34,651 bases of DNA, from the IMG/VR virus record IMGVR_UViG_3300025114_000020, positions 1-34,651 of that record. The stretch is one strand, 5' to 3'. How positions within the stretch are numbered: position 1 is the first letter of the stretch; every line of letters starts with the position of its first letter. The position numbers and the translations under genes were made by a program. Positions 24,955 through 34,651 of the stretch are shown here, one piece after another. This DNA comes from a virus (lineage: Duplodnaviria; Caudoviricetes). The notes below the pieces were generated by a model that was not told the DNA's origin, did no database searches, and saw only the letters and a list, made by a program, of their open reading frames with translations.

Positions 24955-25974
24955 TTAAGCTGTTTTAGCATCATTCCAATTGGTTAATTGCGTCCAGAAT
25001 ATGGTATTAAAATCATCATGTATATCTGCAATAGACGCTTGAAAGTCAGCTTCGTCTTGTTCTAAGGCTAAACCTGCATCTCTTACACCACCACCTAAAG
25101 TTGAATCTGCTGTAGTTGCAGCAGTTGTAGCGCTGCTTAGTACTTGGTCTAATGCAAATTCTTGTCCAAAGTTTCCTGCACTAGCAACTCTTGATGGACC
25201 TCCTACTTGTGAAGCTTGTGTCAATAATCCAAAGGTTTGTCCCGCCACTTTATCTCCAGCTGCTTGGGATGCAGTACTAAAACCTTCAGTTAAATCATCC
25301 ATCGTATTTTCATGAGCTTCCTGTGTTCTTACCCAATCTGCTTCACCCTCCTCTTGTTTCCTAGGGTCATATTCATCAATTACTCTTTCATACTCACTAG
25401 TTTTCATTGTAGAAGCATCTGTTGCATCTTCTGCAGTTCCTGCTGTTAGCCAATTTTCAACATCGCCAGTTTGGTACTTTTCGGCAACATCTACAGTTTT
25501 ATTGTCCGCAAGCCAATCCTCAAATTGTTTTTCACGTTGTTTTTCAATAGCTTTCGCTTTATCTCTTTGTCTTGAAGCATAAGATTGGCCAAACCATCCC
25601 CACTTACCTTGAGAAGGTCTCCAAGTATTATTATCGTCTACTAATGAGCGTGCCCAGCTATCTTCTCCAACCCACCAACTATCCTTTTTCTTATCAAACC
25701 AGTTAGTGATTTTTTTAGTATAAGATGTCTTCGGATGCCACCATTTATGAGAATACTCTTTAAGTCCAGTTTTAGGATTAGTAGTTCCGCTACCTATACT
25801 TTGAACCCAAGCTTCTCCAAGAGGTCCAAGCCAATCAATAATCTGAGCTTCTTCTTTATTAACATGAGATACTTGGCCCTTTACTTTACGTAGAGCAGTA
25901 TCTCCTTTCCGACCCTTTCTTGATAAATTTTGAAGGTGTCTATTGTAAGAATTTACTATTAAATTAGGATTCAT
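24955..25974 (-). CDS. Putative internal virion protein
   Basis: The N-terminal motif GRKGDT...SHVNKEEA...GSGTTNPKTGLKEY is typical of phage internal proteins; acidic helical C-terminus. Confidence 0.6.
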   Translation of the reverse strand: MNPNLIVNSYNRHLQNLSRKGRKGDTALRKVKGQVSHVNKEEAQIIDWLGPLGEAWVQSIGSGTTNPKTGLKEYSHKWWHPKTSYTKKITNWFDKKKDSWWVGEDSWARSLVDDNNTWRPSQGKWGWFGQSYASRQRDKAKAIEKQREKQFEDWLADNKTVDVAEKYQTGDVENWLTAGTAEDATDASTMKTSEYERVIDEYDPRKQEEGEADWVRTQEAHENTMDDLTEGFSTASQAAGDKVAGQTFGLLTQASQVGGPSRVASAGNFGQEFALDQVLSSATTAATTADSTLGGGVRDAGLALEQDEADFQASIADIHDDFNTIFWTQLTNWNDAKTA

Positions 25975-25986
25975 ATTTTTTCCTTA

Positions 25987-26859
25987 TCATTGGCCCATAT
26001 TTTGCAACCAACTATAAAATTCATTTGTAGGCATATTAGTTTCCTCGTCAAACATTCCCATTTCTTGCGCAGCCTCTCCTTCATCCATATCTGGGAAAAG
26101 TTCCATTAAGGTATTACCCATTCCTTCTGTCATTGAATCTCCCATATCAAAACCATCAACAGCCATATCTAATAAATTAGATGGTTGAAAACTTGATGAT
26201 GCTACCGGAGTGGTAGTTTTACCAGACCCTTGCAAACCACCCATTAAAGAGGTCCCAATGTCTTTCAGTGAACCTTTTCCAAATAGATTTTTTGCTTTAC
26301 CTAATATTTCTTGAGGCTTGAATACTTCTCCAAGACCACCTTTTAATCCGCCCATTATTCTTTCACCCATGCCTAAATTACTAATATGTGAGGGGTCAGC
26401 CATTGTAACGTCTAATCCAAAACCTCCACCTTCACCAAAGCCTTTACCAAATTTAGACAAACCGCTAGTTGGGTCCATTCCCCCCATAAAAGATTTAGCA
26501 GCTGATTTTAAAACATTTCCAAACTCATCTTTAGCAATATCCTCAGTTACAGACTGCCTAGTACCCTTCAGATAGTTTCCGCCAAGCAAATCTTTTTGCT
26601 TGACACCAGATACAGCCCCTCCAATAGCACTACCGGCTAAAGCCCCAGCTCCACTAGCAGCTGCTAGTAATAAAGGAGCCGCAGCCCCTCCTGTTACTGC
26701 AGTTAAAATAGCAGCTCCTAATAAACCGCCTATAGAAGCTCCCCATCCTTTAGATTTAGCTAATTTAGACCCTGAGGTTGATAAGCTAGAAGATTCATCC
26801 TCTATATCTGTATCAAGGTTTCTATCACCCCAACTGAACCCTTGCCTATAGTTTGACAT
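25987..26859 (-). CDS. Gly-rich pilot/ejection-like protein with a hydrophobic N-terminal segment
   Basis: Glycine-zipper-like stretch GWGASIGGLLGAAILTAVTGGAAAPLLLAAASGAGALAGSAIGG. Confidence 0.6.
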   Translation of the reverse strand: MSNYRQGFSWGDRNLDTDIEDESSSLSTSGSKLAKSKGWGASIGGLLGAAILTAVTGGAAAPLLLAAASGAGALAGSAIGGAVSGVKQKDLLGGNYLKGTRQSVTEDIAKDEFGNVLKSAAKSFMGGMDPTSGLSKFGKGFGEGGGFGLDVTMADPSHISNLGMGERIMGGLKGGLGEVFKPQEILGKAKNLFGKGSLKDIGTSLMGGLQGSGKTTTPVASSSFQPSNLLDMAVDGFDMGDSMTEGMGNTLMELFPDMDEGEAAQEMGMFDEETNMPTNEFYSWLQNMGQ

Positions 26860-26878
26860 TATTCTTTCCTTTCATTAA

Positions 26879-28750
26879 TTATGCAGCTGTTTCTAATTTT
26901 GCTGTTTCCCCAAACGGCTGCCAAAAACAATTTACTATACTATCACAAAAATCATGTGCTGTACCCGACTGGTCTGTAGTTGGGTCAACCGCATATAAGT
27001 GAATCTCAATTCGTAAACCCCATGTATCGCTATGTAATGCGCCAGTAGTATTCCGACCACTTTCCATTGGAAGAAAGGTATGTGAATTACATATATCTAT
27101 TGAGTGAACAGGAGTAAAAAAAGTATTATTTCCCCTAGCATTAGTAAGAGTACTGGGCGCTGTGCCACTATCCAAAGTATAACCTAAATCAATTCCCCAC
27201 CTCCAATCATTATTATCAGAGGATTGTGAGGAATCTAAATACTCCCCATTGGCACGAGCACCATGTCTATAGATACCATTATTTTGTAAATATTCTATAG
27301 TCTGTCTTAATTGCATTGTTCCAGCATCTGCTAATCGTCGTTCTCCTGCTGGATATGAGCTATTAAAAAAATACTTATTTCGTTCAGAACCGACTGTCCA
27401 TCCAGAGGTTGCTGCATCAGAACCTTCATGTGTATTTGTAACAAATCTATCATTATTGCTACAATTATTATGCCTGGAGATTAAAGAACTTTTAATAAAA
27501 TCTTGGCAAGCATGATGATGAAAGTTTAATTGTTGTCCACCTTCAGTCCAAGGAACAGCTCCAGAAGTATAAGTTGCAGGAAGAGGGTATCCAGAAAAAT
27601 CATCAGTAACATATCTATCAGAATGAAGATGGCAGGCTGCAGAAACAAAAAATACAAAACAATCATAATCTCCTATAATTAATTTCTTATGAGGCTTGCT
27701 TCGCGTTGAAGCTATATAGGGAACTTGATTTTCGCCGCTCTCTCCCGTTTCCGGAGTTCCGCCTGTATCACCTTCATTTGTATAAAAATGTTTTTCCATA
27801 CAATTAAAACCAACAGCAGTTCCTTTTCTGATTGTATTTATAAGCCAGTTCCCATTAGTAGTTGGGTCAACCGATGTTGCAACATTTAAAGGATAGTTGT
27901 TTCCAGAAGTATTCATTGTTCCAATATCTGTGTGATTATCGGGTCTCCTAAATGCTACAAAGTCAACTATCCGTACTAAATTAGCAGAATAAGTACAATT
28001 ATAGAATATCCTTGCACTTGAATCATTATTGTATGATGCATTGCATGCATCACTGATATCTTCTGCAAGGTCTGCCGCACTTGTAGCAGCACTACTTGAA
28101 TAATCTACTTGAATCCAATGATTTATTTCACCTTCTGTAATAAGAAAAGGAGGGCTATGATTAGAGCCCCCCGCTACCCAGTCTGTATCATTAAACCAAA
28201 TTCCACATTTTCCACTACCCGCTACAAAGTCTTGGTCACCACCATCATCAGCATCTCCTGGGCCAGGTTGAGTTGGTATAACAAAATAACTTCTATGGAC
28301 AAGATTTGCAGTAGTTGTTGGAATTGTCAAATTTGTTACTTGTGTATTAACAGTGGTTGGGTCAACTTCTTCGAAAGTACGTCCCAAACTACCCTTCCCA
28401 AACCGCCGTTCCTCATCATCTGTCCCAACCTCTCCTAATTCTCCATGTTCAAAAATTTCCTCATTAGGAAGGTTTGGAGGTTTGTCGCTACTTTCCCAAA
28501 GAGGGTCTGCCCAAAAAGGATAGGTTCCCTCAGGCATTTCACCAGGATTATCTTCATTTTCAGCGATATTATTAGGATTGTGTCGCCATCCTTGCCAATA
28601 AGAATGATTAGCATCACGCTGAGATTCATGTTTATTCCGGACATTAACAGTTAAAAATCCACTAACCAGTCTATCGCTCGGCATTCCTCCAAAATTAGCT
28701 ACCACTGTATGAACTTTTGCATCACCAACTCCTGGACCTCCTCTAGGCAT
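26879..28750 (-). CDS. Hypothetical structural protein, 623 aa
   Basis: Long ORF with a TAAGGAG RBS, between the fibre and internal-protein genes; rich in T/N/G/D/H. Confidence 0.65.
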   Translation of the reverse strand: MPRGGPGVGDAKVHTVVANFGGMPSDRLVSGFLTVNVRNKHESQRDANHSYWQGWRHNPNNIAENEDNPGEMPEGTYPFWADPLWESSDKPPNLPNEEIFEHGELGEVGTDDEERRFGKGSLGRTFEEVDPTTVNTQVTNLTIPTTTANLVHRSYFVIPTQPGPGDADDGGDQDFVAGSGKCGIWFNDTDWVAGGSNHSPPFLITEGEINHWIQVDYSSSAATSAADLAEDISDACNASYNNDSSARIFYNCTYSANLVRIVDFVAFRRPDNHTDIGTMNTSGNNYPLNVATSVDPTTNGNWLINTIRKGTAVGFNCMEKHFYTNEGDTGGTPETGESGENQVPYIASTRSKPHKKLIIGDYDCFVFFVSAACHLHSDRYVTDDFSGYPLPATYTSGAVPWTEGGQQLNFHHHACQDFIKSSLISRHNNCSNNDRFVTNTHEGSDAATSGWTVGSERNKYFFNSSYPAGERRLADAGTMQLRQTIEYLQNNGIYRHGARANGEYLDSSQSSDNNDWRWGIDLGYTLDSGTAPSTLTNARGNNTFFTPVHSIDICNSHTFLPMESGRNTTGALHSDTWGLRIEIHLYAVDPTTDQSGTAHDFCDSIVNCFWQPFGETAKLETAA

Positions 28751-28776
28751 AATAAATACTCCTTATTACAATTTGT

Positions 28777-31014
28777 TTAATCCCAAGCATTATAGTTTTC
28801 ATCTCCATCTTCTTCATCTTTATCTGCGCCCCATGCAGAATAACAAACCCTTAAATCATCTTTACCCATAATAAAATGAGCGCCACCAGTACCCTTATCA
28901 TTAACTACTAAACCTAGCGGGAATGTAGTTCCAGCAGTATAAGCAAAATTACCAATATCATCAGTAGTATCTGCACTAGCAGATGCCCATAAAGTTCCTT
29001 CAAACTTATGAAGAGCAGTCCATGTTGGAGTAATAGTTTCATCAATAGCGATTCCATCAGCCTCTTTTAGTAATTTTTTATTAGCATCACTTTGATTAAC
29101 TTTAGCTTCTATTTTATCGTCTAAAGCAAATTCTAAACAAGGACCTGTTGCGGAGCCTATACCACTACCCAGTCCAATTTCTATCCTAATAGAGTTTGCT
29201 GTATTTATAACCTCTATACCTTGTCTAACCGCTTCACTACCAGAGCCACTTCCATCAGAATTGATAAAGCTAACTTCGGGTCCATCACCGCCCCCAATTA
29301 AAAGACCTCCTGAATTTATCATTCTTTTAGATTGTATTTGGTCTGGAGCAATTGCATCTTGTGAGACTAGTACTGATTTGGCATCAAGGCTGCTTGTATT
29401 AGTTCCACCATCAGATACTGGGATAACGCCTTCACCAGTACTACCGCAACCAGCACGATAGATTACATTATCTTCAATGGTAACATCTCCGCCATTTAAT
29501 CTTGACAAGGTTGTATCGTCAGCATCTCCAAGTTCTATATCCTCATAAATATATACATTGCCAGCAGGCTGAATACGCATTCTAGGGTTAAGAACACCCG
29601 CTTCATTACCAGTTTTGAAAAAAAGCTCAGATGAACCAGTGGTACCAGCATTCCCTATTTCTGCAAGTTTATTGCCATATTGATTTTGAAATTGTAATGT
29701 TGAATGAGCTGCATCGAGTGATTCATCAATAAGTACTTTTCCTCTAACATGTAGTCTTTCAGTAGGGTCGACATTGCCAATACCAAGACAGTTAGTATCT
29801 CCTGTAAATATCAGTTTATTATCACGAATCGTAAAGTCGTGGGATGCTGAAGTGCCAGTATCTATATTGAAAGCTCCTGTATCGGCTATTTGCCCATCAG
29901 TAATTTCTGTATCTCCTACTGTAAAATCATCTTCAGCATCAATCGTTGTTCCTACAATAGAATTAGGATTATCAGCTCCTATAATAGTACCATCAATATT
30001 GCCACTATCAATATTTACACTTGTATTAGATTGAGCAAAGTGATTTAATGGAGCCACTAAGGTATCAGCAGATAATGTGGTAAAAGCACCAGTAGATGCT
30101 GAACTTGCCCCGATTGCAGTACCATCAATAGCACCGCCACCTATATCTACCTTTCCCATGACAATGGAGCCAGTGCCAGCTGGAGTTAATGTTAAATCTG
30201 CGTTACCTCCATTGGTATTATCTATAATACTACCATTTATATTAATATCATCTATCTGAAGTTCTCCGCCTGTCACCGTACCTGTAGTAGAAATATTATT
30301 AGCAACTGTATCAAAGGCTTTATTTAATATCATCTTGCTAGAAGATTCATTCCATAAAAATGAGATTAGTCCACCACTACTACCATCATCACCTATTAAA
30401 TAACCAGCTGTATCACAATCTGCAATAGCGGTAGCATCTGAGGCTACTTGAAATCTTAAGTCATCAATAGTAACTGTTGTTGAATTGTTAATAGTTTCAG
30501 TACCACCAACATCAAAGTCTCCTGTAACAATTAAATTACCTACAGTAAGAATGCCAGTAGTATCGGCTATTGTAAATGAAGCAGTACCATCGGCAGCTTT
30601 AACCGAACCTGTATTAACGTTAGCTATATCTGTATTACCTGTTAATGCGGAATCTGCAGATAAAACTACATTTCCTGAGCCCGATTTACCAGTAACATCA
30701 CTATGATTGGAAACATCACCTATAAGGTGAACCTTGTTATGATGTTGATTCTCATAAACATTCTGTAAAGCACCATGTGTAAGTACTCCCCCAGTAACGT
30801 TAGTCGTTTCAATAGTGACATTGCTAGAAGCTTCACCATCTGCAGTTTCAATATTAGAAGAAAATTTAAGCCACATATTTCTATTTTTAATGAGAAGATT
30901 GCCATTCACAATCATCATATCACCTTCGTTTCCTTCTGAACGAGTAGGCATTCTGCTAGAACTTTTAATTTTAGGCTGTGAATGAGCTGTTAATATTCTA
31001 TCTTGTCTATTCAT
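28777..31014 (-). CDS. Tail fibre / spike-like protein
   Basis: G/T/D/N-rich beta repeats: IDGTAIG and IDGTIIG, NSTTVTIDD, LGIGNVDPTERLHVRG, IPVSDGGT. Confidence 0.7.
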   Translation of the reverse strand: MNRQDRILTAHSQPKIKSSSRMPTRSEGNEGDMMIVNGNLLIKNRNMWLKFSSNIETADGEASSNVTIETTNVTGGVLTHGALQNVYENQHHNKVHLIGDVSNHSDVTGKSGSGNVVLSADSALTGNTDIANVNTGSVKAADGTASFTIADTTGILTVGNLIVTGDFDVGGTETINNSTTVTIDDLRFQVASDATAIADCDTAGYLIGDDGSSGGLISFLWNESSSKMILNKAFDTVANNISTTGTVTGGELQIDDININGSIIDNTNGGNADLTLTPAGTGSIVMGKVDIGGGAIDGTAIGASSASTGAFTTLSADTLVAPLNHFAQSNTSVNIDSGNIDGTIIGADNPNSIVGTTIDAEDDFTVGDTEITDGQIADTGAFNIDTGTSASHDFTIRDNKLIFTGDTNCLGIGNVDPTERLHVRGKVLIDESLDAAHSTLQFQNQYGNKLAEIGNAGTTGSSELFFKTGNEAGVLNPRMRIQPAGNVYIYEDIELGDADDTTLSRLNGGDVTIEDNVIYRAGCGSTGEGVIPVSDGGTNTSSLDAKSVLVSQDAIAPDQIQSKRMINSGGLLIGGGDGPEVSFINSDGSGSGSEAVRQGIEVINTANSIRIEIGLGSGIGSATGPCLEFALDDKIEAKVNQSDANKKLLKEADGIAIDETITPTWTALHKFEGTLWASASADTTDDIGNFAYTAGTTFPLGLVVNDKGTGGAHFIMGKDDLRVCYSAWGADKDEEDGDENYNAWD

Positions 31015-33728
31015 TATTTTATTGACTTCATTTTGTAAACAATTGTTATATCGTTTAACACGAAGTCCTTATCCATAGTACCTGATATTCTTATCTGAAT
31101 GCTATATATATTTTTAGCTTGAGCAGAAGTAGCTGGCGAAAAGGATTCAGTAACAAAGGTATCAGCAGTATGGTCAAGTACTGAAGATTCATCAAAATTT
31201 TTCGCACTACCAGCCCAGTCTTTATCTCCATCTGTAAGATAATTCATTGCCGTAGCCGCATGACCCTTTTTATATGTTACAAAGACCTTTGAAATAGTCT
31301 TTTTTACTGATGGCTCTCCAAAGTCTATTTCTTTAGTTGTAAATCCAATATCTTGGTTACCGTCAGCTTCCGCAAAAGCGTAAACTATCTTAGCCCCTTC
31401 ATCTATCATAACCAATTGTCCATCAACAGTATCTGTAACCATAGGGCACAAACTATCTGCGTCTGTCTGAATACCGTCGCTTTTCAATGTCCAAGATGCT
31501 GTTGCCATATCATAAATATATGCACTATTGGTTGCTGTTATCCCAGACCTTACAATAAGTTGGCGTTTTAAAGGATTAAATCCAATTCTGAGGCTGCCAG
31601 GGTTAGTATCTGCAAAAGCTTTCCAAGTGACAGAATCTATTACTCTCATACCTTTTGGCTCTAAAAGATGTTCAATCTTTTGACCATTATGTAAGTAAAC
31701 TCCATTCATGTTAGCCCATGCTATTCCAAAATCGGTAACACAAGCTGCTCCTGCATTTGGGATACCCTTATAATCATATTTACGCTCTACAAATTCCTGG
31801 CCCCCAGATACATTATATATATATAAAGTATGTCTTTTAAATTGGAATAATCTATCTCCAAATGCCATCAACTTTACGATATCGTCACCATCTTGAACAG
31901 CTATATCTACATTATTAGCTTTTACTGGAAACTTATCAGGAGTAGGCCCGTAAAGAGAAAATCCAGACTTTACCATTCTATCTCCATAACTGACCCCATC
32001 AATCTTCACATTGCCAGCATAAATACTTCCAGCGGCAAAGGCAGATGTTTTAAATGAGTCAAGCTTTATTATATCATCTCTTGAATGGCCATTAATAGCA
32101 TCATATCTTAAAAATCTTGGAGGACTATGAAAATCTAATCCATATGCTTTAGTAGCTCCAGAAGAAGGCCTACCATGTGTATGTGTATATTGATAAGGAT
32201 AGACAGGACCATTCACTGTGCCCGGAGGCCAAACATATTTAGCTGTAGAAGGTGCGGTCGTATTCCACAAATATCCATTTGGACCTAAATGAGTATAATC
32301 TACTCTATTATAAGCACCCCCAGATGAATCTGAGCCAACAGCTTTGACTCCCTTTACAAAATCCCATTCAAATAATTGCCATAAATCAACGAAACCATCT
32401 TCATCTGATGACCAATATACTTTTATACCAGTAATACGAGGATTACCACCTATTATATCATTAACGCCTGTAGCACCAAAGTTGTACCCAGCAGTATCGG
32501 CTGTTAATCTTGTCTGAATAGTGTCCCCAGCATCATCCCAACCAGTTGCTACACCCGCTGGATGTTGTAATCCATGCATTTTTATTGAGGGGTCAAATAG
32601 CATTTTAACACGTTGGCCATTATTACTAATTGACCCCCATGTATCATTCTCGTTGCCTGTTGTTGTATCAGTTAATATGCCATTTCCAAATTTTAAAGCT
32701 CTAACAGGGTTTTCACTTTCATAAGTATTAGTAGGATTACTAGGAAATTGAGATAAAGTTCCGCTAAATTGAGGACCAGAAGGATACATCCTCATTAATT
32801 GAGGAAGACTTTCTTGAATCCCATCATATACAGTGCTAACATAAAATTGATACTGTTCTATTCCAGTAGGCATCCATCCACCCGTTTCATCTGCATATTC
32901 ATGATATCCTAAAGAAAAACCCCAAGACATACCTGATTCAGTCACGACGTCCCCTGGAGGAGTTGTACCGGCTATAATAGCAGACTTTTCATTTGCAAAT
33001 CCTGGGCCAGCCCAAGGTTCTCCGGCCGTAAGAAAGGTGTTTAATCCTCCTTCAAAAAGTTTACGTTGCCACATAATTGCATTATTGCAAACTTGCATAT
33101 CTAGAGTTCCTGGAAGAGTTATTGTAGGGAAACAACCCTCAATAGCCTGTGGTTTTGTATACCATTGGTCTATTCCACTATTACCGCCACCGCTATTATA
33201 AATATGTCCCTGACGAGCTATTGAAACACCGGTTTCATTATTACCATATAATTGCCCTGGAATAAATCCACGCCATTGAGCTACTGTAGATTGCTCTAAA
33301 TCGGCATCAAATATACGCAAAGCTCCATTATGGAAATATGCATATAAAATAGCAGGGATAGATGCAGTAAGTAATGTATCACCATCAGTAGCCTCTTCTA
33401 TTATAACACCACTAGCTGATTCTATAATATAATATTTCTCTGATGCATTAACAGCAGCACCACTTGCAGTATTTGGATTAACTCCAAAGTTATTTTTATC
33501 GGTATGTATGATATAAAAGCCATAACCACCGGCTGTTATTGCTGGAGTCTCTGTAGCTAATGCCACTGTCAAGCCTGAATTAATTTGACCTAGTGCATAG
33601 ACTTGGCCTACCTTATCAACAGAAACATTTGTACACTCGGCTAATTGATTTTCGGCAAGGTCTTTATCTGAACTATTAACATTAAGTCCTCCATCAAATC
33701 GAATTAGTTTATAACTTTTTTTAGGCAT
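31014..33728 (-). CDS. Tail nozzle / DNA-stabilisation-like (beta-propeller) protein
   Basis: N-terminal FDGGLN...LAENQLAECTNV and C-terminal TKEIDFGEPSVKKTISKVFVTYK patterns resemble podovirus tail tubular B / stabilisation proteins; 904 aa. Confidence 0.65.
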   Translation of the reverse strand: MPKKSYKLIRFDGGLNVNSSDKDLAENQLAECTNVSVDKVGQVYALGQINSGLTVALATETPAITAGGYGFYIIHTDKNNFGVNPNTASGAAVNASEKYYIIESASGVIIEEATDGDTLLTASIPAILYAYFHNGALRIFDADLEQSTVAQWRGFIPGQLYGNNETGVSIARQGHIYNSGGGNSGIDQWYTKPQAIEGCFPTITLPGTLDMQVCNNAIMWQRKLFEGGLNTFLTAGEPWAGPGFANEKSAIIAGTTPPGDVVTESGMSWGFSLGYHEYADETGGWMPTGIEQYQFYVSTVYDGIQESLPQLMRMYPSGPQFSGTLSQFPSNPTNTYESENPVRALKFGNGILTDTTTGNENDTWGSISNNGQRVKMLFDPSIKMHGLQHPAGVATGWDDAGDTIQTRLTADTAGYNFGATGVNDIIGGNPRITGIKVYWSSDEDGFVDLWQLFEWDFVKGVKAVGSDSSGGAYNRVDYTHLGPNGYLWNTTAPSTAKYVWPPGTVNGPVYPYQYTHTHGRPSSGATKAYGLDFHSPPRFLRYDAINGHSRDDIIKLDSFKTSAFAAGSIYAGNVKIDGVSYGDRMVKSGFSLYGPTPDKFPVKANNVDIAVQDGDDIVKLMAFGDRLFQFKRHTLYIYNVSGGQEFVERKYDYKGIPNAGAACVTDFGIAWANMNGVYLHNGQKIEHLLEPKGMRVIDSVTWKAFADTNPGSLRIGFNPLKRQLIVRSGITATNSAYIYDMATASWTLKSDGIQTDADSLCPMVTDTVDGQLVMIDEGAKIVYAFAEADGNQDIGFTTKEIDFGEPSVKKTISKVFVTYKKGHAATAMNYLTDGDKDWAGSAKNFDESSVLDHTADTFVTESFSPATSAQAKNIYSIQIRISGTMDKDFVLNDITIVYKMKSIK

Positions 33729-34276
33729 TAATAGCCAGGACCCTCTTTTGGTCCAGTTCCAGACTTACGCTGAAATAAACCGCCACCAATATTATCAAAA
33801 AGTTTTCTTTGAGCTTGTTTAGCAGAATCTCCGCCAAATAATCTTTGCATCCATGATTTGGAATCGTTTTGGCCATATGACCAAGGCCCCGGACCTTGCT
33901 GTTCATCATTAGAGCCTCCCTGCAACAATCTCAATGCAGACAATGTTCTGTCTCCCATCATAGAATCTTCAGTCAAGGCTTTACCTTCATAGTCCTTAAA
34001 TCCTAATTTATTCAACAAAGCCTGCATTTCCCCAACCTGACCTGAATCAGTCGTGTCAAAGTTTTGTGCAAAATCTCTAGCATGATGTAATAAATCGCGA
34101 TTTTCTTCCATTCCAGGGTCATAAGATTCTTTGTTTCCAAATTCATCTTTAGGACTTATTCCTAAAACGTCTTTAATACGTCCAAAGGCTTGACCTTGTT
34201 TGCCACCTTGAAATAGACCCTTATCATCTTTCATTCCGCTTACTAAATTTCCAAGTAAGCCTGCTAATCCCTTCAT
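33728..34276 (-). CDS. Protein with a peptidoglycan-binding (PGBD-like) segment
   Basis: QVGEMQALLNKLGF...TEDSMMGDRTLSALR resembles V..LQ..L...G(Y/F)...DG.FG..T..A. Confidence 0.55.
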   Translation of the reverse strand: MKGLAGLLGNLVSGMKDDKGLFQGGKQGQAFGRIKDVLGISPKDEFGNKESYDPGMEENRDLLHHARDFAQNFDTTDSGQVGEMQALLNKLGFKDYEGKALTEDSMMGDRTLSALRLLQGGSNDEQQGPGPWSYGQNDSKSWMQRLFGGDSAKQAQRKLFDNIGGGLFQRKSGTGPKEGPGY

Positions 34277-34277
34277 T

Positions 34278-34535
34278 TTAGTTCCCCTTATTTAGTTTAA
34301 TCATTATATTAGCTAAGCTTTCTACATATCCATGTATACGCTTTTGTTCTAATTGTACTTTTTTCTGTTGGTCAATTAACTTAATAATTATACTTTCCAA
34401 TCTTTTATTATCCTCGTCAAGCTCTTCAAGGAGCTCCGTCTGAATCCACTGATTCTGTTTCCATATAAAATACCCAAAGACTATCGTCACCACTACGGGT
34501 ATCCCGTACTGTTCTAGTATCTGAAAAAAGTCCAC
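34278..34535 (-). CDS. Holin-like single-TM plus coiled-coil protein
   Basis: GTG start; N-terminal TM (YGIPVVVTIVFGYFIW) followed by a coiled coil, a BhlA/UviB-like architecture. Confidence 0.55.
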   Translation of the reverse strand: MDFFQILEQYGIPVVVTIVFGYFIWKQNQWIQTELLEELDEDNKRLESIIIKLIDQQKKVQLEQKRIHGYVESLANIMIKLNKGN

Positions 34536-34651
34536 TTACTTCCATGTCGTGGTTGTGGTCCACTTGGCAGTAGGCTGGACATGCGTAGTTGTCCATATGA
34601 TTGTTTTCAATATATTCCCACGTTTGTCCAATAATGATGATGCATATGAAT

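Larger units (their letters stand above)
1..34651. mobile_element. Tailed bacteriophage genome fragment, probably podovirus-like: early/replication block on +, virion block on -
   Basis: Dense, strand-coherent gene blocks converge at about 12.4 kb. Phage-type genes include a primase-helicase, a Sak4-like ATPase, an HNH nuclease, tail nozzle-like and fibre-like proteins and a giant virion-type protein. No housekeeping genes are present. Confidence 0.93.

Noticed and set aside
13126-33909. Numerous short + strand and alternate-frame ORFs inside the virion genes
   Set aside because: They are nested in or largely overlap long - strand ORFs and lack motifs, so they are treated as shadows.
34536-34651. 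Partial - strand ORF at the window end (one frame contains YACPAYCQVDHNH)
   Set aside because: Two frames are open over this short stretch, and the real one cannot be chosen without upstream sequence.
1-34651. CRISPR arrays, tRNAs, inteins/introns, stop-codon reassignment
   Set aside because: No repeat-spacer periodicity, cloverleaf or splice motif was seen by eye, and standard-code ORFs tile the window with TAA, TAG and TGA all used as stops.

Overview
The whole window reads as an AT-rich tailed-phage genome fragment with two convergent blocks. The + strand block (1-12398) is an early/replication block. It opens with a 5'-truncated ParB-like protein, followed by what looks like a complete phage-encoded ubiquitin-like conjugation cassette: a beta-grasp Ubl ending GG-I, a 635-aa protein with an E2/UBC-like HPxI...C motif, a JAB/JAMM isopeptidase and a ThiF/E1 enzyme. 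After it come a Sak4-like ATPase, a putative SSB, an AEP primase-SF4 helicase fusion, an HNH nuclease and many small overlapping ORFs. The - strand block (12487-34651) is a virion block: holin-like and PG-binding-like proteins, a tail nozzle/stabilisation-like protein, a tail fibre, internal/ejection-type proteins and a 3282-aa protein. That giant protein carries a two-barrel RNA polymerase catalytic signature (RTP...GGADLDGD) and a circularly permuted SLOG-like domain, so it is probably a virion-packaged RNAP. Two intergenic regions (about 1245-1398 and 9058-9390) are rich in stem-loops and may be structured RNAs. No tRNA, rRNA, CRISPR array, integrase, capsid, terminase or DNA polymerase gene was recognised. 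All assignments come from motif recognition by eye; no searches were run.
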